A stretch of DNA of 64,000 nucleotides from a virus. The stretch covers positions 16,968 through 80,967 of IMG/VR virus record IMGVR_UViG_3300036845_000456. One strand, written 5' to 3'. The notes under the pieces were generated by a model. That model saw only the letters and a list, made by a program, of their open reading frames with translations, made no database searches and was not told the DNA's origin. This document shows positions 39,520 through 50,140 of this stretch, in pieces; position 1 is the stretch's first letter, and every line of letters starts with the position of its first letter. The position numbers were made by a program, and so were the translations under genes.

Positions 39520-39704
39520 TACACAAACAAGAAGCTGAGTTGCTGGTAGCAACTATCGCCAAGCTTTCTAACGTAATTGTGCCTGTGGAAGCGGCGTTGG
39601 AAGCGATGTACGCCGTCGAACTCGCACGGTATGACCGGACAAAGAATCGGGGTGTGCATTATAAACCGCAAAGGTCATCTGCAACCTTAGAAGCCGCAGA
39701 ATGA
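39516..39704 (+). CDS. Hypothetical protein coupled to RAMP B
   Basis: ATGA overlap with the RAMP stop. Confidence 0.45.
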   Translation: MIHKQEAELLVATIAKLSNVIVPVEAALEAMYAVELARYDRTKNRGVHYKPQRSSATLEAAE

Positions 39705-39707
39705 ACC

Positions 39708-39980
39708 ATGCCCATGAACTTTGAAGTCCAGCGGCGCCAGTGCAAAACCTGCATCTTCCGAGCAAAGCACTGGCCGCCCGGTTTCCTTGAAGCCAAGCTC
39801 GATGACATCAGGGACCCGGCCATGGCTGGGTTTTTTCTGGGCTACAGAATATGCCACCACAGCAAGGCCGCATGCTGCGCCGGATTTTGGGCCCGGCACA
39901 AAGACGACTTCACGTTCGGGCAGATAGCGCAGCGCCTTGGCTTGGTGGAATACGTGGACGACGATCAGCTTGACGGTTGA
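39708..39980 (+). CDS. Cys-rich hypothetical protein
   Basis: CKTCIF..ICHH..CCAGFW. Confidence 0.6.
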   Translation: MPMNFEVQRRQCKTCIFRAKHWPPGFLEAKLDDIRDPAMAGFFLGYRICHHSKAACCAGFWARHKDDFTFGQIAQRLGLVEYVDDDQLDG

Positions 39981-40024
39981 AACGCTGCGTCGCTAAGATC
40001 AACCGTCGAGTTTGGTAGGCTCGC

Positions 40025-40073
40025 AAAAGCTGGCGGCGTCCGTCGTGGTGTTCGGACGTTCGCCAGCTTTTTT
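40025..40073. terminator. Bidirectional rho-independent terminator
   Basis: AAAAGCTGGCG..CGTCCG..CGGACG..CGCCAGCTTTTTT. Confidence 0.75.
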
Positions 40074-40458
40074 AATGCCCCGATCGCACTGGACCGAATC
40101 AGCATCGAATCAGGAACGAATCGGTCGCTGGCCTAAAGTCTGGCAAGTTATGGATTAGCTTTCGGGGAAGTGCCGCCGTCGGCAATGGAAGTCCGGGCTT
40201 CGCGCCTACATTGGCCGGCGGCGGCGATCTCGGCACCTTGCCGTTGGGCGTCAAGCGCCTACTGGCCGAGATCATGGCGTTCGGGTAAAGGACCGCCGCC
40301 ATCGCTGTTTTGAGGCGACGGTCCTTCCCCTCTGGCGCCCCTGGCGCGGGCTCATCGAAAGTGCGCCGGGGCTAACCTGTCAACGGAAAGTAGACACCTT
40401 TGCGGGAGACTGTCAACCGGACGGAGACAGCTTCCGAGAATTGGTGCCTCGGTGGTCA

Positions 40459-41133
40459 TCATGCGGCGGGCAGCAATTGCAGCGCCCGCTGGTACTGAGA
40501 GTCTAGCTCTTTGTTGGCCGCCGCGTCGGCGAGGACCATCTTGCGCAGCAGCGGCATTCCGCTATCGATCGACTCCAACACTTCGGCCCGCGTCGCCGGC
40601 CGCCCTTCTCGATAGTAATCGATCCGCTTGGGCTCACCGAGCCGGATCAGAAAGCCTGCCTTGCCTTGGCCGACCGGGAACGCGGAATAAGTCAGCGTGA
40701 TGTAGATCGCGCAGGCGCCGGGATTGCGGTCGAGATGTTCGCCGGGCGGGGCGATGACCTCGCCGCTTTCCAGCATCTCGGCGATGCCCTTGGCGTTGCG
40801 GCGCATGCGCGGCTGGCTCAGAAACGGGCACGCCTTGACGCCATATTCTGCGCATTCCAGATGCGATGGCGGTTCCGACGTGACGCGGTTAACCACGCAC
40901 ATCGGCCCGATCACGAAAGCCAAATGCCGTCCGAGCGTTTGCCCGCACAGCCAGCATAGTTTCTGATGCACCGCGCGCTTGTACTTGCGCATATCAGCGG
41001 CGCGAAAATCATAGCTGCCGTCGTCGCCGCGCGTCACAAACCACGGCACGACATAGCCGTTCTCGGCGATCGGCAGATGCCGCATGCGGCGCGGGATCGG
41101 GATGGCAAGGCTGCGTTCATTCAGTTGGTTCAT
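40459..41133 (-). CDS. Conserved phage hypothetical protein
   Basis: GYVVPWFV..LCWLCG..FVIGPMC.VNR..EPPSHLECAEY..ACPFL. Confidence 0.7.
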   Translation of the reverse strand: MNQLNERSLAIPIPRRMRHLPIAENGYVVPWFVTRGDDGSYDFRAADMRKYKRAVHQKLCWLCGQTLGRHLAFVIGPMCVVNRVTSEPPSHLECAEYGVKACPFLSQPRMRRNAKGIAEMLESGEVIAPPGEHLDRNPGACAIYITLTYSAFPVGQGKAGFLIRLGEPKRIDYYREGRPATRAEVLESIDSGMPLLRKMVLADAAANKELDSQYQRALQLLPAA

Positions 41134-41230
41134 CGGGTTGCCCTTTAGTTTTGGAAGTTTGATTGTTCCCATATCGAGTTTTTTCATCAGTTCGACCGCC
41201 ATCTCAGCTTCTACAAGCGGAATGCGTCGA

Positions 41231-41605
41231 TCACTGATGCGCAGTTCCCAAAGATGCCGTTCCCTTTTCATCATCAGGCTCTGCACTCTCTAATCGCCGC
41301 AACGTCTCAGCGATGATCTCATGCCCGATCTTCGCGTCATCCCAAGTGGCAAAGTTCCAGCGACAGCCCCCGTATTCGCCGCCAAAAACTTCGGTTTCGA
41401 ATAGCAGCGGCGGTCCGTCGCTCGGCACAAGATCGAGCCCGGTGAAAATCGTGCTGACGCTGATGCCGTCAGCGATCCGCGTCAGCCCAACCCGGCGATT
41501 GCCGATGTCCTGATACCACGCGAACCATTTGTCATCATTCACGCACGGCACCGGCCGATGCTCGGCATCGAGCCAGTAGGTGAACTGATCCATCACGCCA
41601 TTCAT
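41231..41605 (-). CDS. Hypothetical protein
   Basis: VSTIFTGLD..PPLLFETEVFGG..TWDDA..GH pattern. Confidence 0.65.
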   Translation of the reverse strand: MNGVMDQFTYWLDAEHRPVPCVNDDKWFAWYQDIGNRRVGLTRIADGISVSTIFTGLDLVPSDGPPLLFETEVFGGEYGGCRWNFATWDDAKIGHEIIAETLRRLESAEPDDEKGTASLGTAHQ

Positions 41606-41988
41606 GCTAATTTCCTCAATCTTGCTCCGTGTTTGGCGAGAACGGCCTGGATGCGCGCGATGACTTGGTCGCCGACGCCGGGCGCGGCGCGCAATTCGGC
41701 TTCGCTGAGCATCAGCAAGTCGCGAATGAACGTCAACGGCCGTGGCTCTGCTTGGTGCTTCTCAAACTTATTCCAACTGTTGAACGCGTTCATCAGCCGC
41801 TTCTGATAATCGAGCCCCCAATCGACGGCTTCCAGCGGGACTTCAAGGAACGCTAAATCCAATTCGACCGTCTTGCCATCGGACGCGTCGGTTGGCGTGA
41901 GTCGCAATGCGGTTTGCAGCAATTGCAGCGCTTCAGATATTTTCTGCGTCGCTTCCAGAACCATCATGATCGGCGAATTCTCAGTCAT
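41602..41988 (-). CDS. RNA polymerase alpha-CTD-like domain protein
   Basis: IRDLLMLSEAELRAAPGVGDQVIARIQAVLAKHGARL resembles alpha-CTD [37 protein letters not shown]. Confidence 0.7.
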   Translation of the reverse strand: MTENSPIMMVLEATQKISEALQLLQTALRLTPTDASDGKTVELDLAFLEVPLEAVDWGLDYQKRLMNAFNSWNKFEKHQAEPRPLTFIRDLLMLSEAELRAAPGVGDQVIARIQAVLAKHGARLRKLA

Positions 41989-42270
41989 CCGAGAACCCCT
42001 AATCGTCGGCTACGCGGCGGTGGATTGCCGAATCTGGTCAGCAGTCGCTGCATGAGCGCGAGATAGGTCCCGGCCAGTTGCTCGGCTGCGGCGTCCATCG
42101 TCGGTTCTTCGGACAGAATAGCATATAGTTGGTCCGTTAGTTCCTGGAGTCGTTCTTCTTTCGATTGCATTTGAGTCCCCCGTTTGTGAGCACCGCCGCC
42201 GGACCAGGGTAGCGTGGAAGTCCGGCGGCGGCGAGCCTCGCGATCTTAAGGCCCCTTAAGGCCGCGCGGC

Positions 42271-42615
42271 TTAGGCTTCGCCGCTCTCGGCGGCGCGCAG
42301 TTCGTCGGCGGCGCGCTGAATCGCCGACGCGATTTCTGAGCCGCTGATCTTTTCGCTGCCGGTGATGTTCTTCGCCACCGTGGCACCGAGCTTTTCGGCG
42401 TCGTCCCACACCAAACGTTTCAGGCTATCAGCAATCATTTTTAGATCGCTGCTGCCTTTGTTTGTCAGGAACGAGCTACGCATGTGCGGCGGCTTGAATT
42501 GTTCCGGCGGCGATGGCGCTGGCGCCGACTCGGCGCGCATGTCGTCGGAAAGTTTCTGTAGATTGACCGGCGCTGGGCGCGGCGGTTCGCGGTGCTGTGC
42601 AGATTGGTCAGTCAT
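42271..42615 (-). CDS. Hypothetical protein
   Basis: ORF with a GGAGG RBS. Confidence 0.5.
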   Translation of the reverse strand: MTDQSAQHREPPRPAPVNLQKLSDDMRAESAPAPSPPEQFKPPHMRSSFLTNKGSSDLKMIADSLKRLVWDDAEKLGATVAKNITGSEKISGSEIASAIQRAADELRAAESGEA

Positions 42616-42618
42616 CGT

Positions 42619-42927
42619 CTACTTCCTCCGTGGTGTTGAACTCTGGGTGGACTTGGCGACTTCGGATTGGTGAGCTTTCAGATGCTTCATCACGCGATGC
42701 GCGTGTTGCAGTTTGCGAATGCGCGGATCGGCGGCGGCCTCGCGCTTTTCGTCTTCGGTCAACGCGCGCGGCGTTAGTGTTTCATCAAATGCCAGCATCT
42801 CGCCGCAGTCGATGCACATCGTCCAATCGCCCACGCGGGGGCTTGCGTCGCCGACCGCGTTGGTGGTGGCAGTGAACGCTAAACCGCACGCGGGACAGTT
42901 GGATTCCAGCATTCTGCGAGTTGCCAT
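42619..42927 (-). CDS. Zn-ribbon hypothetical protein
   Basis: CPACG..P..GD..CIDCG. Confidence 0.6.
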   Translation of the reverse strand: MATRRMLESNCPACGLAFTATTNAVGDASPRVGDWTMCIDCGEMLAFDETLTPRALTEDEKREAAADPRIRKLQHAHRVMKHLKAHQSEVAKSTQSSTPRRK

Positions 42928-42979
42928 TTCAGTCCTCGCGTTTTTTTAATTTGTCCGCGCAAAGGGGCATCATCGTCTG

Positions 42980-43216
42980 TCACCGTTCCTGTTGGTCAGG
43001 TACGAGCACTAGTTGCTCGCCGTTGAAGATATGAATCAGTCCATCGTCATTCTCGACGGCGTACCGAGGACTGCCGCTGCGCTTGGAAAAGGCGGCCAGC
43101 ACCACACCAGCAAACGAATAATCCCCGCCGCGCTTGGCTACCCGGTCCCCCTCGTGGAAGAAAAACGGGATCGCGTTAGCGGCCCTATATTTTGGATCTC
43201 TGGTTACGTCACGCAT
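42980..43216 (-). CDS. Small SH3-fold-like hypothetical protein
   Basis: GDRVAKRGGDYSFAGVV..RYAVE..HIF..QL. Confidence 0.55.
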   Translation of the reverse strand: MRDVTRDPKYRAANAIPFFFHEGDRVAKRGGDYSFAGVVLAAFSKRSGSPRYAVENDDGLIHIFNGEQLVLVPDQQER

Positions 43217-43524
43217 TACGTAGTCTTGCCTAATCTGACTAGCGTTTCGATGGCACACTGCTCTGGTGATTTGCCTTCGATCACAGCGTGTAGTCGGCGT
43301 AGCGCGCGCTGAAGATAGTCTTCGGTAATCGTCACAGGAACAAACCACAAGCCGTCGTCATTGGCTTGGTCATCAACCACAGCTTTGATCGCAGCCTCGT
43401 CCATCTGTCCGCGCAGGGCAGCTTCAGCTAGGCGAATGGCTTCCGGGAGCGCTGGCCAGCCAGCATTCGGATAAATATCTCTGTACTCTTTGACCAGAGC
43501 CCTTGCAGCGCGCTCTATATCCAC
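43216..43524 (-). CDS. Hypothetical protein
   Basis: QANDDGLWF..ITEDYLQRALRRLHAVIE. Confidence 0.55.
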   Translation of the reverse strand: MDIERAARALVKEYRDIYPNAGWPALPEAIRLAEAALRGQMDEAAIKAVVDDQANDDGLWFVPVTITEDYLQRALRRLHAVIEGKSPEQCAIETLVRLGKTT

Positions 43525-44704
43525 GGGACTATTCCTTTCTCGGAACTTAGAGGCGACCTAACCGGGCGGTTCATTCTCTCGTACTAGTTTGGCTATCAGA
43601 GAGCCTTGCCGACCAAACCCCGACCCTGCTTGCATGGGTGGCAGATGCCGATAGATCGCTTCTAAGTTCCTACTGGCGTTTCTCACTCTGTTGGCTTTGG
43701 AGAATATTCACTGACAGCCCTTACAATAAAATCTCGTTCCTCGACCGTGATGTAGTTCGGTAACTCAACGATCCTCAATCCGCCGCCCATGTCTCGCACT
43801 TGCGGTTCGAAGAATTTGGCAATGATCGCGTGACGTAGTTTCTCAGGTTGTTCCACGGGCTTCTTTCACAGTGTTGGTGGGGCGGGCCGCCGAGCCGGGC
43901 TCGGACTCCGAAGGCTATCGACCGCCCCTGCTAAGTGCCCCATATCCAGGGGCGGGAATTTCGTCGGGACTATTCCTTTCCCGCAAGGACTGATTGAGCG
44001 TACTCGATTGCGTTGCGCTTGGCAGTCCATTGCAGACATCCAGGCTTCAGCGACCAGTTTGCCTCATTCGCAAAATCTTGGATCACACGCCGATATCGCT
44101 CTTTTTCTCCTACAAGCTGATCATAGACTTGACGAAGGCGCTCATTCTCGCGCTCAAGCCTATCGATGCCCCATTCGTCCAGCCTGGAAACCGTCACCGC
44201 TGTCTCCTGTCCTACGCGAAAAGTTGGCTTTGGAGGTCGATATACTCGCTTTCGGTGGCCCACACCTGCCAGACTTTACCGGCGCTATTAGCACGGACAC
44301 GGAATCCGCTACGCTCAGCAACCCCAGCAAGTCTCTTTGGGACGGTGCGCCATTCCAGGGCGTCCTCTCGGCGAACTGCAAAGGGCGATTTGTTCATAAC
44401 CGGTGTCCGATATGTCCTATCCTAGCCCTTCGAGTCGGTTATGGTTGTCGGAGCGGCGCCGCACCCGACAGGCGTTCCAGAAATTTCGTTCTCCGTGGAC
44501 ACCGCGTGCAAATCCTTCGATGAAGGCGACCCTTTGAGCTTTCGCGACAGCGGTATCGTCGGGGTATTCGTAACAAGCTATTTCAGAGGCCATGAGGCGA
44601 ATCCAGCCATCATCTTCGTCTAGATTGACAGGGCGAAATTCGCCAGTGAGTACGTTCATGTATCCGATCAAACGTTTCATAGGTGTCTCACGCCCTGTCA
44701 TTTC

Positions 44705-44860
44705 TTAGTTTTGCGGTGCTTTAGCGTTGCGGTCGATATCCGCAAGCACCCGCAAGGCATTTGCCGCATTACATGCCGCCTGCGCGAAGTTCACAGCCTC
44801 AGGGGCTGCCGCCGCGCTTGCAGCTTTTTCCAACAACGTCTCAACCACTTTCGAGTCCAT
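44705..44860 (-). CDS. Small hypothetical protein (51 aa, below the ORF-track cutoff)
   Basis: MDSKVVETLLEKAASA..AVNFAQAACNAANALRVL. Confidence 0.5.
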   Translation of the reverse strand: MDSKVVETLLEKAASAAAAPEAVNFAQAACNAANALRVLADIDRNAKAPQN

Positions 44861-45075
44861 CGGGTTCTAGCTCCGACTTCATGGGGGCCGACGACTTAAG
44901 TCCGGTGCATCGGCGAAACCGGTGTCCGATATGTCCTAACTGCGACATCTGTATGGGTGAGCCGCCAGACAAACCAGGGTTACCCAAGGCTCCCGCCCAA
45001 CCGTGCACGCGCAGCACCCACGCCCCGGGCGCGTTGGCTGGCGAGCGATAGATCGCCCACACGGTGGCAACAAGT

Positions 45076-47250
45076 TCAGTCACGATATTTTTCCACTTCC
45101 TTTCGTTGCTCGTCGGTCAGGCCGCCAAACTCGATTTTTTTGCCTGCGGCCTGGGCGGCGCGGATTTCTGTTTCGCAGCATTGCATGCAGAGGATTAAAT
45201 CGGCTTCCGGCGACGACAGCGCGCGCCACACCGGCTTGCCGCACTCGCCGCAGCTATCCACGCTGCTGGTCACGGGCGGATCGATATCGGCCACGCGACA
45301 GCAAACGAGCACGGTTTGGTCTTCGGCCTTCATGCCGTCACCTTCTCGCGGTCCTTGCATGGCAGCTTGATCGAGCGCGGATCATCCTGGCGCCCGGCAA
45401 CCGTGATCATCGCTTTGAACCCGCATCTGTTACACTCAACAACATAGTAGCCGCAGCGCGGCGCGGGATACGGCACGTTCTCTTTGCAGCCCTTGTTCCC
45501 GTGCGTGAGATCAAGATCAATGCCGCGCGGATACGCCGGGTCCGGTTGCTGCGTGGGCGATACGCCGCGATCGATGAAGTTGACGCGGAAGCTCATGCCG
45601 TGCCCTTCAGTTCCGGTTGCCCCTCGAAGCGCGCAAGCTGTTCCTTGAGCAAGATGATAATGTCGTCGCGGTTGGCGTTGCTGATGTAGTTGGCGCGGCC
45701 GCCGAAGTCTGCGAACGGGAATATCATCAGGCAAAATCCGGTCTTGCGATCATCGCCCGTGGCGCCGTCGTTCAAAACTGAATCGAGGACACGCGCGAGC
45801 CGTTGCATCTGGTCGCGATATTTCTGCTCAATCGGCTGGTCGCCGAGTGTGTGATCTTCGGGCATCTTGTTCCTTCTCGTTGATCGCGATCAGCGGGTGC
45901 ATGCACTCAAGATGCATTTGCAGCATTGCTTCGCGGAACTCGGTGGTCGCTTTGGGATTGTCAAGAACTCTAAAGCCGGCGAGCCAAGTCGCCAGCAAGT
46001 CGGCGAGCGCGCCGCCAACGATATCTGGCTCGCGACCAGCAAAGAGCGGGCGAATCTGCTCCACCAGCGCCACGATTTCCAGCACGTCGGGATTTGTCAG
46101 GCTTGTCAGCGGCGTGTCAGAGCCAGACTTCATAAATCACCGGATCATCATCGGGGTGGCGCGTCAGCATCGCCAAGCCGGGCGGCACATGTTTGCGCGC
46201 CTGCTCCAACGTTTCGCAGATAAAGCCATTCGCGTGCGGCCGGACCACGCGGCCGGGCAATGCGTCCTGCCCGCGCAGCACCCATTTGCCCGGGAAATCG
46301 CGCGGGTTTTGATAGATCACCCATATGGTCAGCAAGTCGTCGGTCATGGTGTCCTTCACTGAATCTCGAACGTATCGACACCAATTTCGTCCTGCATGGC
46401 CTCGCGCAGTTTCGGCATCAGAGCCCACGGGCCGAGATTTTTGCAGGCTGGACAGAACGCGGCCACTGCGCCTTCCGTTGCCTCGCCCGTCTTGGCTGTC
46501 GGAGAGATGATGGCGATCCCGCCAAGCCCATCCCCGCCGTCCTCGATCGTCGTCAGGGCCCGCCCGCATTGGAAGCAAGCCGGGCGCACGTTCTGTTTGG
46601 CCGCCTGATCGATATTTCTAGCCCAATTCGCGAATATGATGACAGATTTCCGCGCGTCTTCGTCGCCGCCCTCCGCAGCCTCCATCATGGCATCGAGGTG
46701 ATCGACCGGAATCATCTCGACGGTGCATACTGCCGCGCCATCGTTTGCAGCAATCGCCTCGCGGAAACAGTCAAACCAATCTTCGCCAAGTGGATTGTTG
46801 CTCATGCCAATGCCCTCTTGCGTTCTTCCTCGATCGCCGTACGCAGGATCGTGACCATGCTTTCGTGTAGGCTGGGATGATCGTGCGCCGCCAGCTTGGC
46901 CGCCGTCACCAGCAAAGCTGGGATCGCGTCCGTGGAATCAGTGCCGTTGGTTTGCAGCCAATCCAGCAATTGCTGGGTGACGCGTTCGGCAGACGTGAGA
47001 CTCGGCATCAAGACTTTCCTTTGCGGTGAACAACCTCTGCTAGTGTTTCACAGACCCAGTGCCATTTAAGAGTTTCACAACCGGCATCCGTGATTGCGTA
47101 CATACTGGTTCCGAATTTTGGCGGCATCCATTCGACCAGTCCCTGGCTTAGCAAATGGTCAGCTACTTCACGCGGTAGGGAGACGCCGTAAATATCATCC
47201 CCCAACATTGTTCCAAGGTAAGATGCCTGTTCTTTTGTCAGCACGTTCAT
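45076..47250 (-). other. Cluster of ~8 coupled small hypothetical ORFs (45076-45333, 45330-45596, 45593-45865, 45828-46133, 46117-46347, 46356-46805, 46802-47011, 47008-47250)
   Basis: Consecutive overlapping minus-strand ORFs, several with CxxC. Confidence 0.6.
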
Positions 47251-48392
47251 TCACCGCCCGCGTCCCACCCATCGAGCCACGACTTCGCATCGGCCGAGCG
47301 CTCGCGCGCGCGGTACTCGGGCGGCACCGCACGGCGCTGCACGCCAGCGCGGCGGGCGCTCTGCCCGGCGATGAACGCGGCGCGTAAGTTGGCGGCCTGG
47401 GCGTCGGTTTCGACGTCTTCCTCGGGCCTGTCGCCGGGCGCTTCATCGGCGTCAGTTGATTGGTCCCGGTTAGCATCAGCGGCGGGCCCGTCGTGTTCTC
47501 GGCTAGAGGGCGACGAGCCCGCCCCGGCGGTGCTGTCCTCCCGGGGGGGCGGATCAGCGGCGCCGGTTTGCGGTGATTGCTGTTGCGGTGTCTGCACCTG
47601 TTGATCGGCGGGGAACGTTTCGTTCACGTCGGCCATGCCGTCGGCGACCGATTTCATCATCGCGATCACCCTCGCGACGTCAGCCGCCAACCAATCCTTG
47701 GCCGGGCGGCCGATGACGCGATCGACGCGATGCACGTCGATGCCCATGTTCCTGATGCCCTGGATGGTACGGTCGCGCCAGCCTGCCAAGTCCTTGCCGA
47801 TTTTGTTGACCAGCGAGTCCATGGCTTCCTGAAATGCAAATTCGCAATAGATTTCCAGCGCGTTGACGATGCAATTCCTGATCGCTTTGCTTTGCCCGAT
47901 TTGATAGGCGATATCCAACTGCCGATCGGCGTCCTTGGTCTTCAGGCTGCGCTGCCCTTTGCGCTGGCGATAGGCGCGCTCCATCGAGAACCCGGTTTCG
48001 ACATCGGTGAACCGCGCATAGAACACCCACGCGTCACCGACGTCGATCTCGCGAACTTCATTAATGCAATTGCCGTAGATACGGGCGACGGAATTCGCCA
48101 GCTTGATCGAGGGCCCTTCGACATAGCCCTTCGTGCCGTCCTGATTGTTCACCGGAAAACGATAGAACCAATCCGAACCGGCCGCAGCCGCAAGAGCCGA
48201 GAGTTTGGCAAGGATTGCCTTCTCGTCTCGTTGCACCGCGACCGGCTGGGCACCGATCACGCGCTCGGCAATCCCGGACGTTGGTCGCACCAGCGCCGCG
48301 CCGCTCGGCGGTTGATTCCGTTGAGCGCCAGCGTTGGCGAACTCGTCTAGTGCTTTGCGCTGATCAGTGCGGTCCAAATCATTATTCGACAT
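47247..48392 (-). CDS. Putative single-strand annealing/recombination protein
   Basis: EGPSIKLA..AR.YGN..SKAIRN.I motifs; directly downstream of YqaJ. Confidence 0.55.
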   Translation of the reverse strand: MSNNDLDRTDQRKALDEFANAGAQRNQPPSGAALVRPTSGIAERVIGAQPVAVQRDEKAILAKLSALAAAAGSDWFYRFPVNNQDGTKGYVEGPSIKLANSVARIYGNCINEVREIDVGDAWVFYARFTDVETGFSMERAYRQRKGQRSLKTKDADRQLDIAYQIGQSKAIRNCIVNALEIYCEFAFQEAMDSLVNKIGKDLAGWRDRTIQGIRNMGIDVHRVDRVIGRPAKDWLAADVARVIAMMKSVADGMADVNETFPADQQVQTPQQQSPQTGAADPPPREDSTAGAGSSPSSREHDGPAADANRDQSTDADEAPGDRPEEDVETDAQAANLRAAFIAGQSARRAGVQRRAVPPEYRARERSADAKSWLDGWDAGGE

Positions 48393-49359
48393 CTTCGGAT
48401 TGCTCCTGTGGTTGCGGTTTGTGCTTGAGAATGCGCAGCACGCGCGGCGCCGTCGCGGGCACAGTGTAGGCCCGGCGCGGCTGGGTCTTCCACGACAGGC
48501 AACGGCCGTCGCGCAGATTGCCGAACGTGTTGTCGCCGAGCTTGGCTTGCAACTCGGTCTTGATCTCGGCTTCCTGCTTGGTGATGCGCTTGCGCGCGGC
48601 TTGCAATTCGAGCAAGTCATCGACCAATTCAAGCGCGCGGTTGTCATAGGTCAAATCAACGCTCGTGCCCTTGTCAGTGCGATACAGCAACTTGATCAGT
48701 TCCGAATCGCGCTGCGGGTCGAACGGTGGCATGATGCAAGGGTCGAGATAGTCGTGCCAAAAAATCCGCACGCTATCTTGAATGATATACTCAAGCGCGG
48801 AATCGCGGTCGATTGGAAACATTCTAAACGAGGCGTCGAACTCGCCCTTGATGATCACCGCGAGCACGCCCCATGCGGCGCCGCTCAGCATCATTTCGGT
48901 CAGCGTTTGCAGGATGTAGTACGGCGGCGGATCGGCCTCGCCGTAGTCAACCATCTCACCCGGATCGACCATCCAGCGATTGCGGAAGACGAAACGGCTG
49001 ACGGACTTTGCCTGCACGATGCCGGGGCCCTCGTGCTCGGGCGCGAGCGCAAAACCGTCCGGCGTGGCGCCCAAGCGTAGCTCGGGATCGCGTAGGTAAA
49101 TCTTGGCGCGGGTCAGTTCCCAGTGCGGCTTGTACTCGGCGAGCGCTTCGAACACCGCCGGTTCATCCCACCGACCGCGCCGCAACACCGGATTGTCAGC
49201 CATCGGCGGGCGCAATCCCTTTTTCTCGGCATACAGTTCAGCTTGTGAGCCGTAGGCCGCCTCGCCGCAGACGATGGCGACGTCGCTGGCGGTGATGTCC
49301 TGCATGCGCAGCGACAGCCATTGCTCGCGCGATGTGATCGCAATGCGCTCGATGGTCAC
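48382..49359 (-). CDS. YqaJ/lambda-exonuclease family recombination nuclease
   Basis: REQWLSLR..ITASD..LYAEKKG..RG..E..LGATPDG..Q.K..YY.LQ. Confidence 0.9.
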   Translation of the reverse strand: MTIERIAITSREQWLSLRMQDITASDVAIVCGEAAYGSQAELYAEKKGLRPPMADNPVLRRGRWDEPAVFEALAEYKPHWELTRAKIYLRDPELRLGATPDGFALAPEHEGPGIVQAKSVSRFVFRNRWMVDPGEMVDYGEADPPPYYILQTLTEMMLSGAAWGVLAVIIKGEFDASFRMFPIDRDSALEYIIQDSVRIFWHDYLDPCIMPPFDPQRDSELIKLLYRTDKGTSVDLTYDNRALELVDDLLELQAARKRITKQEAEIKTELQAKLGDNTFGNLRDGRCLSWKTQPRRAYTVPATAPRVLRILKHKPQPQEQSEDVE

Positions 49360-49601
49360 CGGGGCGCAAGCTCCATTTGGCAATGCGGTAAAAACGAGAA
49401 TCAGCAGCGACGCGAGCGTAGCGCAGCATATTTCCCGCGTCCACCTTTGGTTGTCAGGTTCGTGATGGGAGAAATGTAAAATTTTGCGTTGCCGCTCGGA
49501 TGGGCGTCCCCTATCGTTTGGTTAGCTAAAGCGGCGGTTGGTTCCCGATTTCTAAAGAGGCATGGATGGCACCGGTTACACGGGGCGGGAACGGCGCGCT
49601 T

Positions 49602-49826
49602 ATGCGCGTCAACACCAAGGCGACGGCAGCCGACGGGGGCATAGCAGCGCTGCGCAAGCGGCCGGGGATGCTGGCGAAGATCGCGCGCGAGCTTGGCTTG
49701 CAGCGGCAGGCAACATCGAAATGGACGAAGGTACCTGCGGCGCACGTGCTCGCGGTGGCGCGCATCTCGCGCATCTCGCGGAGCACGCTACGGCCCGATC
49801 TCTATCCCAAGCGGGGACGCGAATGA
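49602..49826 (+). CDS. Cro/YdaS-like transcriptional regulator
   Basis: AKIARELGL.RQA.SKW.KVPA..V..V..ISR..LRPDLY. Confidence 0.85.
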   Translation: MRVNTKATAADGGIAALRKRPGMLAKIARELGLQRQATSKWTKVPAAHVLAVARISRISRSTLRPDLYPKRGRE

Positions 49827-50140
49827 CGTCGCGCCGTTGTCCATACTGCCATCAGACGCTGCCGGAATTCCGGCTCGGGGTGAAGCTCGCCCCGATCAAG
49901 GCGGCGCTCTATGACTTGGTCTGCCGGGCTGGCCAGGATGGCATCGATTCAGCCGACCTGTTCGCGCTGCTGTATGCCGACGATCGGCGCAAGTGGTCGC
50001 GCGACAATGGCCGCCAATACAGCGCGTTGAAAGCCCACATCGCGCAACTCAACAGCGAGATCGCGCACGCCGGCTATCGCATCGTGTCGGCCCGCGCGGG
50101 CAACGTGAACGGGCGCTACCGATTGGAAAGGCGGCCGTAA
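49823..50140 (+). CDS. OmpR-type winged-helix DNA-binding protein
   Basis: LFALLY..ALKAHIAQLN..YRL. Confidence 0.6.
   Translation: MTSRRCPYCHQTLPEFRLGVKLAPIKAALYDLVCRAGQDGIDSADLFALLYADDRRKWSRDNGRQYSALKAHIAQLNSEIAHAGYRIVSARAGNVNGRYRLERRP

Noticed and set aside
40186-40200. GGAAGTCCGGGCT, resembling the conserved RNase P RNA motif
   Set aside because: Only a short match; the other conserved RNase P regions are not evident.
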